Assembly: GCA_963816395.1 (NCBI GenBank)
Contig: CAWFKQ010000002.1
Location: 32,001-96,000 of the forward strand
Direction: 5' to 3'
Source: an uncultured delta proteobacterium
GTDB lineage: Bacteria > Desulfobacterota > Desulfuromonadia > Desulfuromonadales > JACZKF01
Length of the DNA stretch: 64,000 nucleotides
Below, piece after piece: positions 37,279 to 46,680 of this stretch. Below the pieces are notes generated by a model. That model ran no database searches. It was given only the letters and a program-made list of their open reading frames with translations, and was not told where the DNA came from. Numbering within the stretch: the first letter of the stretch is position 1; every line of letters begins with the position of its first letter. Both the position numbers and the translations under genes were made by a program.

Positions 37279-37953
37279 ATGAACTCCTTCCTGAATCCGG
37301 CGCGTTTTATCGATCATACCCTGCTCAAGGCCGAGGCCACTTCGGAGCAGATCGTCAGGCTGTGCGAGGAAGCCGTGGAGCATGGTTTCGCCGCGGTCTG
37401 CGTGCCTCCCGTCCAGGTTCCCCTGGCGGCGGCACGGCTGTACGGATCGGAAGTGGCGGTGGCGACCGTCGTCTCTTTTCCTCTCGGCTATGAGCCAGTC
37501 GCCGTCAAGGCCTTTGCCGCCGGCCGGGCGGTAGCGAGCGGGGCCGGGGAAATCGACATGGTGATCCATCTGGGCGCGGTCCGGGAAGGGCGGCTGGATG
37601 TGGTCCAGGGGGAAATCGCTGAGGTGGTGAGGTCTTCCCACGGAGCAGCGGTGAAGGTCATTCTAGAATGCTGCTTCCTCGATAATGCACTGAAAATGGC
37701 ACTGATGGAGCGGGCGATTGCCGCTGGCGCTGCTTTTGTCAAGACATCTACCGGCTTCGGCCCGAGCGGCGCCACCGAGATGGATGTGCGTCTGCTGGCC
37801 GGGGCGGCAGCCGGGCGTATCGGCGTCAAGGCGGCTGGCGGTATTCGAGACTGGCCCTTCTGCTGCCAGCTTCTGGCCGCCGGGGCCAGCCGCATAGGAA
37901 CCAGTGCTGGGCCGCAGATCATCCGCCAGTGGCGGCAGGAGCAGGGGCTGTGA
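37279..37953 (+). CDS. deoC: Deoxyribose-phosphate aldolase
   Basis: IDHTLLK, EIDMV, VKVILE, FVKTSTGF, KAAGGIR, RIGTS. Confidence 0.95.
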   Translation: MNSFLNPARFIDHTLLKAEATSEQIVRLCEEAVEHGFAAVCVPPVQVPLAAARLYGSEVAVATVVSFPLGYEPVAVKAFAAGRAVASGAGEIDMVIHLGAVREGRLDVVQGEIAEVVRSSHGAAVKVILECCFLDNALKMALMERAIAAGAAFVKTSTGFGPSGATEMDVRLLAGAAAGRIGVKAAGGIRDWPFCCQLLAAGASRIGTSAGPQIIRQWRQEQGL

Positions 37954-39125
37954 AGGGTGATTGGCGGCGGGTGGTTCTGATCACCCTGGACGGAGTTGGT
38001 GCGGGCGCCCTGCCCGATGCCGATCTCTATGGGGATGCCGGTGCCAGCACCCTGCAGCATGTGGCAGCGGCCAGCGGTGGGCTGCACCTGCCCCACCTGC
38101 AGCGGTTAGGATTGGGCAATATCCTGCCGGTTGCCGGGGTGCCGCCGGCTACCATGCCGGCGGCCGCCTTCGGGCGGATGCGCGAGCGCTCGGCCGGAAA
38201 GGACACTACTACCGGTCACTGGGAGCTTGCCGGAATCATTCAGGAAGAGCCATTTCCGACCTTCCCCGACGGTTTCCCGGCGGCAATCATCGATGCTTTC
38301 CGTCGGGAGACTGGTCTTGACCCCCTTGGCAATTTCGCCGCCAGCGGCACCGAGATCATTCGGCGGCTGGGGGACGAGCACTCGCGCAGCGGCCGGCCGA
38401 TCATCTATACCAGCGCCGATTCGGTATTTCAGATTGCCGCCCACGAAGAGGTCATCCCGGTGGAGCGGCTGTACGAACTCTGCCGGATAGCGCGGCGCCT
38501 GCTTGATCCCTGGCGGGTCGGGCGGGTTATCGCCCGCCCGTTTGTCGGCCGAAGTGCCGCCGATTTCCAGCGCACCTCCGGTCGCCACGACTTCTCCCTG
38601 CCGCCTATCGGGCCGACCGTGCTCGATAACCTGCAGGCGGCCGGTTTCGAAGTGGCCGGGATCGGTAAGATCCATGATATCTTCGCCGGCCGCGGCCTGA
38701 CCCGGCACGTTTTTACTGCCAGCAATGCCGAGGGCATGGCCCAGACCCTGCAAGCCCTGGCTGCGCCGGGGCGCGGCCTGGTGTTTACCAATCTGGTCGA
38801 TTTCGATATGCTTTTCGGGCATCGACTGGATGCCGTCGGCTTCGGTCGGGCGCTGGAGGAATTCGATGCCTGGCTACCGCAACTGCTGGCGAAACTTTCG
38901 GCCGGTGACCTGCTGCTGATTACTGCCGATCATGGCTGCGATCCGACCACTCCCGGCACCGACCATAGCCGGGAGCATGTCCCATTGCTGGCTTGGTCGC
39001 CCGAACTGGCCGGCGGCAAGGATCTGGGACTGCGGGAGAGTTTCGCCGATGTGGCGGCTACGGTTGCGGACGCCTTCGCTGTGACCAGCGCGGCTGGAAC
39101 GAGTTTCCTGCCGGAGCTTAGTTGA
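37950..39125 (+). CDS. deoB: Phosphopentomutase
   Basis: LDGVGAG, GKDTTTGHWE, YTSADSVFQ, NLVDFD, TADHGCDP, DHSRE. Confidence 0.95.
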   Translation: MKGDWRRVVLITLDGVGAGALPDADLYGDAGASTLQHVAAASGGLHLPHLQRLGLGNILPVAGVPPATMPAAAFGRMRERSAGKDTTTGHWELAGIIQEEPFPTFPDGFPAAIIDAFRRETGLDPLGNFAASGTEIIRRLGDEHSRSGRPIIYTSADSVFQIAAHEEVIPVERLYELCRIARRLLDPWRVGRVIARPFVGRSAADFQRTSGRHDFSLPPIGPTVLDNLQAAGFEVAGIGKIHDIFAGRGLTRHVFTASNAEGMAQTLQALAAPGRGLVFTNLVDFDMLFGHRLDAVGFGRALEEFDAWLPQLLAKLSAGDLLLITADHGCDPTTPGTDHSREHVPLLAWSPELAGGKDLGLRESFADVAATVADAFAVTSAAGTSFLPELS

Positions 39126-39147
39126 AAAGCGGAGAAGAGAGGCGCGG

Positions 39148-39930
39148 TCAGGGCGGGGCCGGATACATCAGGTGCAGGGTGGCTTCGGCACGGTCCTGCA
39201 GCTGTTCTTTCTCCAATCCCGGGAAAGTTCGCTCCCGCTCAGAAATTTCACCGAAAAGACGCTTTTCGATGAAAGCTTCCAGAATTTTGCCGGTTTCCTC
39301 CCCGATTTCCGTGAACTCTATCCCCACCCCCTGCAGATAATTGTTCTCCGGATCGGGCGAGACGCGGTAGAGAACCCGACCTTCGATCTCCAGCTCCTTT
39401 TTCATCCCGATCAGGGGAATGACCACCTTCAGCCGATCCCCTTTCCCCGGCCGAAATCCGGTCTTGATGAACACCCCGTGGCGGCTGATGCTGAGTACCT
39501 GCGTCAGCTGGCAGGTGCCATTGAAACAGAGCATGCCTGGCAGATGCAGATCCAGCCGAAGGTTTTGCCGGGGGATTTTCTTTAAGTGGCGCTGAATCAG
39601 GGCAAAAAGAGCGAAAATGTCGATCGGGACCGCTAAATTTTCGTGGGGAATGGCGGTCAGCTGCTGTGGCTCAGTGCCGCCGAGAATGATCAATGGGCAT
39701 TTGATCCCGTTCCCCACCCGATCGGCCACCGCCTGCCAGAGGGGAGAGTCCTGCTTCTCAGTCAGCAGCGAGCCCCCTATGATCAGGAGATCAGGGGAGC
39801 TGGCTTTGATAAAGGCAATCATCTCGTCGGGCCGGGAGGTTACCAGAACTCGGTAACCCCAATGTTTGAGAATGACCTCGAGAGTGGATAACAGCCCCTC
39901 CCGGCTATCACCGATAAGTAGACGTTTCAT
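39148..39930 (-). CDS. Atypical receiver domain plus PilZ domain protein
   Basis: REC-like N-terminus (SPDLLIIG), RQNLR and SISRHG PilZ-like motifs, GVGIEF. Confidence 0.7.
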   Translation of the reverse strand: MKRLLIGDSREGLLSTLEVILKHWGYRVLVTSRPDEMIAFIKASSPDLLIIGGSLLTEKQDSPLWQAVADRVGNGIKCPLIILGGTEPQQLTAIPHENLAVPIDIFALFALIQRHLKKIPRQNLRLDLHLPGMLCFNGTCQLTQVLSISRHGVFIKTGFRPGKGDRLKVVIPLIGMKKELEIEGRVLYRVSPDPENNYLQGVGIEFTEIGEETGKILEAFIEKRLFGEISERERTFPGLEKEQLQDRAEATLHLMYPAPP

Positions 39931-40087
39931 TGAAGTTTTTTCCTCTTTCAGGGGACTCGCAGAATGTAAGCTGGATTGTTCCGCGGGTCAAGAGAAATCG
40001 CGGCATCCGGAGGCGGAAGGAAGGGATGACAGCCCAATGTCGTTATGGTATACAAACGGGTGGGCAGAATTCTCATGAGAAAGGAGA

Positions 40088-40490
40088 TTGGGCGTGAAAC
40101 GATTGCTTTTCCCGGTTATCAGCCTGGCATTGGTCCTCTGCGGGGTGACCGCATTCGGTGCCGGATTGAAGGTCGAAGAAGGTGTGATCACAACCCGGAT
40201 AGTGGAGCGGTCGCCGGCCGATGCCGTCCAGACCTATCCGGTAACGGTAGGGAAACTTTACTGTTTTACTCACCTCACTGGTGCCGAGGGGGATACTGAT
40301 ATTACCCATGTCTGGTATCTGGGTGACAAGGAAATGGGCAGGGTTTCCCTGCCGGTGCGTTCGTCCGACTGGCGAACCTGGTCCTCCAAGACGATCCTGC
40401 CGCAATGGACGGGAAATTGGCGGGTAGAGGTGCTCGATGCCGAACGGCAATCTGCTGCAGACAATTCCTTTTGCCTTGACCGCTGGTTGA
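40088..40490 (+). CDS. Secreted DUF2914-like protein, frameshifted near 40445
   Basis: Signal peptide, LYCFT, ITHVWY, WRTWSSKTI, GNWRVEVLD. Confidence 0.75.
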
Positions 40491-40504
40491 CGTTCCCGGG
40501 CTGA

Positions 40505-40538
40505 ACAAAAAAAGCGCCCCCGTCCGGGGGCGCTTTTC
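40505..40538. terminator. Bidirectional terminator between convergent genes
   Basis: AAAAAAGCGCCCCC-GTCC-GGGGGCGCTTTT. Confidence 0.8.
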
Positions 40539-40554
40539 TGGGGCACGGCGGAAC

Positions 40555-41002
40555 TTAAGATTGTTTTTTCTTTTTCCCCTTGCGGGCCGCCCTGGCTTTC
40601 GCCAAATTGTCGCCGAGACCGCGATCCACTGCCATCTGCCGCCGGCTTTCCGAGTAGGAGCGGGCAGCCAGAGGCTGGGTGCGGGGGATTTCGAACTGTT
40701 TGCGATATTCACTGGGCTTCATGCCATGGGCGGTCTTCAGGTGCCGGGCCAGGGTTTTCATCTCCTTGCCGCAGATCATGCAGACGACCTTATCTTTACC
40801 GAAGGCCTTTTTGCGGGTGATCGCCGGAGTGACCGCGCTTTCTTCGCCAGCGGCCTCGGCGGTAATTCCCTCACCTCTTTCCAGGGCGGTCAGGGCCTTT
40901 GGTTACTTCAGCCAATTCAGCAATCAGCTCTTCTTTGCTCATGGGGGTAGTGGAAGCATGGGCAGCCACTATCTCCGCGGCCATTTCAATCAGATTAGCC
41001 AT
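40555..41002 (-). CDS. MucR/Ros family zinc-finger regulator, frameshifted near 40900
   Basis: MANLIEMAAEIVAAH..., CMICGKEMKTLARHLKTAHG, EYRKQF, PLAARSYS. Confidence 0.88.
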
Positions 41003-41602
41003 CGATTTCCTCCTTGTGGTATTACTATAGGTTTATAAATTGCCTATCAGCTCGTTTACTAATACAACATTTTTTTTCAAAAGCAAGAGAAAATTCAGCG
41101 ACTGCTGAAAAAGTGAAGATAGACTTGCAAATCTCCAGCAATATGAGCAGACGTAAGACCAATTTTCAAATTTGAAACATCAAGACACCTCTATGATCGA
41201 GTCCTTTAAGAAGGCTAGGATCTTTCATCCGCAAGGGCTTTAGAATTGGCGATGTTGAGCCTTGATCTGGCGATTGTTGAAACAAAAATTTCCGTTGCAA
41301 CATGGAAAAAAGGGTAGGGTATCGATGAAAGAACCTCCGAACCAAATACAAAAGGATTTTCTGCATATTTCAATGCGCATTGAGCAGCTGGAAATCTGGT
41401 CCTGTCTCCACTTGCCTGCCGTAGCGCCGAAAGGGTCGGGTGCGCGACAGGGGTGAGTGGGAGGGTCTGTTTCGCTAAGGGGAGCGGCCGCTAACTGGCG
41501 ACTCGGCGGAGGGTGTTCGGCGGCGGATTTTAACCGGTCTCTATGCGATCAAATCTTTATCAGTCATTGCTTCTTCTGCAGCCGTGGAAGACCCTCTTGG
41601 TG

Positions 41603-41665
41603 AACATAACTGCTTGAATTTCCCAGTCAATAATATTGACACTAGCGGGGGGGGTATGGTAGCTT
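41603..41665. promoter_or_regulatory. Back-to-back sigma70 promoters sharing a palindrome
   Basis: GTCAATA-A-TATTGAC; plus TTGACA-N18-TAGCTT (across a G run), minus TTGACT-N16-TATGTT. Confidence 0.5.
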
Positions 41666-41801
41666 GTTGGCGCCTCGCGGCAAATTCGGCGGTCCCCAGC
41701 CGGTGAGGGGAGCATCCGTGCAGCCGGTCTTTTTTCATCCCGGCCGGTTTTTCGCAATAAATTTTCAGTTCCTGCAACTGCGGGAAACCAGGAGGCCCTG
41801 C

Positions 41802-43165
41802 ATGAGCAAAAAACTGTTGTTGGCCGACGACAGTATCACCATCCAGAAAGTCATCGGGATCACCTTCGCCAATGAAGATTATGAGCTGAGCGTGGTCGAC
41901 AACGGCGATGCGGCTCTGGAAATGGCCCGGGCGGTTCGTCCGGACCTGATCCTTGCCGATGTCTTCATGCCCGGCAAGAACGGCTATGAGCTTTGTGCTG
42001 CGGTTAAAAAGGAGCCGGCTCTGGGAGGGGTCCCGGTTCTGCTGTTGACCGGCACTTTCGAACCTTTTGATGAGAAGAAGGCCGAGCAGGCCGGCGCCGA
42101 CAGCTGGATCGCTAAACCTTTTGAGTCGCAGGCTCTGATCGACCGGGTGGAGGAGCTGCTATCGCGTCCGGTTCAGGCCGTTGCCGAGAACGCTCCCGGC
42201 GGTTTCGGTGGGGGAAACCTCCGCCGAAATGGCGACAGGGATCACTGCCGGGGCGGCCGGGGCCATTTCCCCTGCGGCGGAGGACGATATCTGGGGCGAT
42301 TTGGGTGTGGAGATTTCCCCTCCCGCTGCCGATTTTGCGCCCGCCGAGGCGGAGCAATGGGAAACTGCGGGTGAGAACATGGGGGAAGATCTCTGGGGAG
42401 ACTTTTCTCTGGAGGAAGAATCGGTCGAAGAGCCCGCCGGGGCAAAACTGGCTGCCCCGGCGGGCGGGGAAGCCAATGCGGAATGGGGGGAACTGGCAGA
42501 GGAGCCGCTTCCTGCCGGGATGCTGCAGGAAGAAACTGAATTCGTCTTCGAGGAAGATTCGTTCTCCGAGGGAGATTCGTTCTTCATGGAGGCCGCTGCG
42601 AAAGAAGATCCCCTGGCAGAGGAATGGGAAGAGTTCGGAGAAGATATCCTGCCGTTGGATGAATGCGATATCCTGGAGGAAGAGGATCTGGTCTGGCTGA
42701 GGAGGTTTCTTCCGCCGCGAAAGATGAAAGTCTCCCCTTCCTGCTGAGCCGGCGGCTGGGGATGAGTTTTTCGCCGGGGCGGAGGCAACTCTGACGGAAG
42801 AGGGGGGATGGGGCTCCGGTGAGGAAGCCGAACCCGCGGCGGACTGGGAAACCTTCGGCGAGGAAGATGCCGCCCCGGAGTGGCAAATCGAGATGGAGGA
42901 AAGCGCCCCCGCCGAACTTCCTTCTAATGCTGCAGCCATCCCGCCTGCGGTGGTCCCGGCACCTGATGCGGCCGCCGTGGTGGCAAGCCAGGTCAACTCC
43001 CTGAGTGAGGAGGAAATCTCCCGCATCGTGGAAAAGGTAGCGGGGGCGGTCATCGAACGCTTGGCTCAGTCGATGCTGGAGAGGATCGTCTGGGAGGTGG
43101 TCCCCGACCTGGCCGAGTCGATGGTCAGGGAAGAAATTCGCAAGATCACGGAAAGCGTTCAGTAG
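41802..43165 (+). CDS. RomR-like response regulator (receiver, acidic linker, C-terminal helix), two frameshifts
   Basis: MSKKLLLADDSITIQKV, ILAD, KPFESQAL; C-terminal LERIVWEVVPDLAESMVREEI; precedes valS. Confidence 0.78.
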
Positions 43166-43217
43166 AAGGGGCCGCGCCAGGGCCTTCGGGCCGGCGGCAT
43201 AGCCGAAAGTACCGGTA

Positions 43218-43244
43218 AATGGGGATTGCTGCAATCCCCATTTC
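43218..43244 (+). terminator. Hairpin/terminator after the RomR-like gene
   Basis: AAATGGGGATTGC-T-GCAATCCCCATTT. Confidence 0.5.
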
Positions 43245-43317
43245 CATTTCCATTTCTGCCTGCAAGCCGGGTGTGCCAGGCTCAGCCTCAGGAACCGATC
43301 GGAAGGATTCTGTTTCT

Positions 43318-45969
43318 ATGGAAGGAAAGCTCCCCAAGGGCTATGAACCGCAAGAGGTCGAGGGCAAGTGGTACCGTTTCTGGGAAGAGAGCGGGTTTTT
43401 CCACGCCGACGAGAAGTCCCCCAAGCCCCATTACGCCATTGTCATCCCGCCGCCTAATGTCACCGGCGTGCTGCACATGGGGCATGCGCTGAACAATACC
43501 CTGCAGGACATCCTGGCGCGCTGGAAGCGCATGACCGGGCACGAGGTACTCTGGATGCCCGGCACCGACCATGCCGGCATCGCCACCCAGAATGTGGTGG
43601 AAAAGCAGCTTGCCGGCGAGGGGAAGGACCGTCATGCTCTGGGCCGCGAGAAATTTGTCGAAAGGGTATGGCAGTGGCGGGCGGAATCCGGTGGGCAGAT
43701 CATCAAACAGTTGAAGAAACTCGGTGCCTCCTGCGACTGGCAGCGGGAGCGTTTCACCATGGACGAGGGCCTCTCCAAAGCGGTACGCGAGGTTTTCGTC
43801 AAGCTTTATGAGGAAGGGTTGATTTACCGGGACAACCGGCTCATCAACTGGTGCCCACGCTGCCATACCGCCCTCTCCGATCTGGAGGTGGAGCATGATG
43901 AGAAGAAAGGCAGCCTCTGGCACCTGCGCTACCCGGTGCAGGGGACCGGCCGCCATCTGGTGGTGGCGACCACCCGCCCGGAGACGATGCTGGGCGATAC
44001 CGCGGTCGCGGTCCACCCCGAGGACGAGCGTTACCGGGATCTGGTCGGCAAAACGGTGCTCCTGCCCCTGGTGAATCGGGAAATCCCGGTGATCGCCGAC
44101 GAATACGTCGACCGCGAGTTCGGCACCGGTGTGGTCAAGATCACCCCGGCCCATGACTTCAACGACTTCGAAGTCGGCCGCCGGCACAATCTGGAGATGA
44201 TCAATATCTTCGACAACTCCGGGGTGATCAACGAGAACGGCGGCCCCTACGCCGGTTTGGAACGCTTTGCCGCCCGCCGGCAGGTGGTGGCGGATCTGGA
44301 GGCGCAGGAACTGCTGGAGCGCATCGAGGACTATTCGCTGGCGGTGGGCGAGTGCTACCGCTGTAAAACCATCATCGAGCCTTTTCTCTCCCTGCAGTGG
44401 TATGTCAAGGTCGGTCCGCTGGCCGAGGAGGCCATCAAGGCGGTCCAGGACGGCCGCACCCGCATTGTCCCCGAGCAGTGGGAGAAGACCTATTTCGAAT
44501 GGATGTTCAACATCAAGGACTGGTGCATCAGCCGCCAGATCTGGTGGGGACACCGCATACCGGCCTGGTACTGCGATGCCTGCGGCCAGCTCATCGTCTC
44601 CCGCCAGGATCCGGACCGCTGCCCCTGCGGCGGGGAACTGCGCCAGGACACCGATGTTCTCGATACCTGGTTTTCCTCCGCCCTCTGGCCCTTCTCCACC
44701 ATGGGCTGGCCGGACGCCACCGAGACGCTGGAGAAGTTCTATCCCACCAGCTGCCTGGTCACCGGCTTCGACATCCTCTTTTTCTGGGTGGCCCGGATGC
44801 TGATGATGGGGCTCAAGTTCATGGGGGAAGTTCCTTTCCGCGACGTCTACATCCATGCCCTGGTGCGCGATGCCCAGGGACAGAAGATGAGCAAGAGCAA
44901 GGGGAATGTCATCGACCCGCTGGGGGTGATCGATGAATACGGGGCCGATGCCTTCCGCTTTACCCTCGCCGCCTTCGCCGCCATGGGGCGCGACATCAAG
45001 CTCTCTACCGAGCGCATCGCCGGCTATAAGGCGTTCGCCAATAAGCTGTGGAACGCCGCCCGCTTTGCCCTGATGAATCTGGAGGGGTTCGATCCCGCCG
45101 GAATCGCGCTGGAAAAGCAGGAACTCTCCCTGGCCGATTCCTGGATCCTGGCGCAGTTGGCCGAGGCCAGCGAGGAGACCAACCGGGCGTTGGCGGAATA
45201 TCGCTTCAATGAGGCCGCGAACGTTCTTTATGCCTTCACCTGGCACGCCTTCTGCGACTGGTACATCGAGCTGGTCAAGAACGATCTGTACGGCAGCGAC
45301 GCGGTGGCCAGGAGCCGGGCTCAGGGCGTTCTGTTTATCGTTCTCGAGCGGCTGCTGCGCCTGCTGCATCCGCTGATGCCCTTCATCACCGAGGAAATTT
45401 GGCAGGCTCTGCCGGGTGAACGGGACACCAGCTCGATCATGCTCTCCTCCTGGCCGACGGTCGAAGGTTTGCCGGTGCATCCCGAGCAGGCACAGCGGAT
45501 GGAGCGGATCATGGAGGTTATCCGCGGCATCCGCAATATCCGCGGTGAGATGGACGTCAGTCCTGGCCGGCAGATTCCCGTCGTTCTCGATTGTCGAAGC
45601 GAGGCGGTGCATTCAGTGGTACGCCAGGGGCAAGGTTACATTCAGGCCCTGGCCCGGGTCCAGGAACTGACCTGCGGAGTCGGCGTCGAGCGGCCGAACA
45701 AGGCAGCCACTCAGGTTGCCGGGGAGATCGAAATTCTCGTCCCCATCGCCGGTCTGATTGACCTCGACGAAGAGGAAAAACGCCTGCTGAAGGAAATCTC
45801 CAAGGTGGAGAAGGATGTGGCGATGTTCGAGAAGAAACTCGCCAATGAGGCTTTTGTCGCCAAAGCGCCTCCGGAGGTACTGGAGAAGGATCGCGGCAAG
45901 CTCGCCGACGCCGGTGAAAAGCTCGGGATCCTGCAGCGGAGCCTGGAGCGCATCCTGGCAATGAGGTGA
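43318..45969 (+). CDS. valS: Valyl-tRNA synthetase
   Basis: PPPNVTGVLHMGH, WCISRQIWWGH, DVLDTWFSS, KMSKS. Confidence 0.98.
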   Translation: MEGKLPKGYEPQEVEGKWYRFWEESGFFHADEKSPKPHYAIVIPPPNVTGVLHMGHALNNTLQDILARWKRMTGHEVLWMPGTDHAGIATQNVVEKQLAGEGKDRHALGREKFVERVWQWRAESGGQIIKQLKKLGASCDWQRERFTMDEGLSKAVREVFVKLYEEGLIYRDNRLINWCPRCHTALSDLEVEHDEKKGSLWHLRYPVQGTGRHLVVATTRPETMLGDTAVAVHPEDERYRDLVGKTVLLPLVNREIPVIADEYVDREFGTGVVKITPAHDFNDFEVGRRHNLEMINIFDNSGVINENGGPYAGLERFAARRQVVADLEAQELLERIEDYSLAVGECYRCKTIIEPFLSLQWYVKVGPLAEEAIKAVQDGRTRIVPEQWEKTYFEWMFNIKDWCISRQIWWGHRIPAWYCDACGQLIVSRQDPDRCPCGGELRQDTDVLDTWFSSALWPFSTMGWPDATETLEKFYPTSCLVTGFDILFFWVARMLMMGLKFMGEVPFRDVYIHALVRDAQGQKMSKSKGNVIDPLGVIDEYGADAFRFTLAAFAAMGRDIKLSTERIAGYKAFANKLWNAARFALMNLEGFDPAGIALEKQELSLADSWILAQLAEASEETNRALAEYRFNEAANVLYAFTWHAFCDWYIELVKNDLYGSDAVARSRAQGVLFIVLERLLRLLHPLMPFITEEIWQALPGERDTSSIMLSSWPTVEGLPVHPEQAQRMERIMEVIRGIRNIRGEMDVSPGRQIPVVLDCRSEAVHSVVRQGQGYIQALARVQELTCGVGVERPNKAATQVAGEIEILVPIAGLIDLDEEEKRLLKEISKVEKDVAMFEKKLANEAFVAKAPPEVLEKDRGKLADAGEKLGILQRSLERILAMR

Positions 45970-46133
45970 TCGGAAGCGGGATAATGCCGCCGGGATAAAT
46001 TACGGCAAGTGAAGGGAGCGACTGCCTGGCCTGAGAAGGGTGGGGAGGGCCGAGTCGGTGGCCGCCCGGTTGGGCTAAGAGGGATAGAGCCTTCCCTGTC
46101 TGCTGCTCCAGGCAGGCATGCTCGACCTTCCCC

Positions 46134-46475
46134 TCAGATTTCGTCCCGGCCATGGACCTGGGCCGGAGGGTGTGTTGCCTCTACTGCCGTGAACGGCTCG
46201 ATAATCCGATAGGCATGCCGGGCCTCTTTCGGCACCACCCAGGAATCCCCAGCCTCCAGAATAATCGTCTGCCCCTCAATCTCCAGTTCGGCCCGGCCTT
46301 TGACCGCATACCCGACCGTCTCATACGGGCGGGAATGGGGTTCATCGGTTTTACCCGGCGTTTCCTCCTCCCACAGGCGCATGGCCATTGAAATCCCCGA
46401 GGCCAGATACTTCTGCCCCATTTTCCCCTGTGGCGAAGCTTTCGAATCGATTTTCTTGACGGTGGTATCTCCCAT
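46134..46475 (-). CDS. Cupin-domain protein
   Basis: MRLWEE, HSRPYETVGY, GDSWVVP, HAYRI. Confidence 0.8.
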   Translation of the reverse strand: MGDTTVKKIDSKASPQGKMGQKYLASGISMAMRLWEEETPGKTDEPHSRPYETVGYAVKGRAELEIEGQTIILEAGDSWVVPKEARHAYRIIEPFTAVEATHPPAQVHGRDEI

Positions 46476-46680
46476 GGTCGACTCCCCGCGCTGGTTTTCT
46501 ATTCAAACCTAGCCTTTCCGGCGGGGGTGTCAAGGGATCGGGCGGGCGTCATGCCCTCCTTTTTTCCATCACTGCCTCCGCCCCGACTCTGCCAGCCCGG
46601 GCCCCCTCCGAAAGTGGGAGCGGCTCTCTACTGCGAAGGGAGCAGAGCCGAGGTAAAAGCAAGAGATCCAAATTTCGCCG

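Noticed and set aside
41166..41456. Short ORFs in the AT-rich mucR upstream region
   Set aside because: No RBS, atypical codon usage and no recognisable motif.
41458..41596. tmRNA or tRNA-like gene (stem ending in CCA, short frame ending DLIA*)
   Set aside because: Too short for tmRNA, no T-loop GTTCRA and no Ala acceptor stem; kept only as a generic ncRNA candidate.
43288..45612. Long antisense ORFs (for example 774 aa opposite valS, 689 aa opposite mrdA, 632 aa opposite ade)
   Set aside because: Shadow frames expected from GC-rich codon usage; no recognisable motifs.
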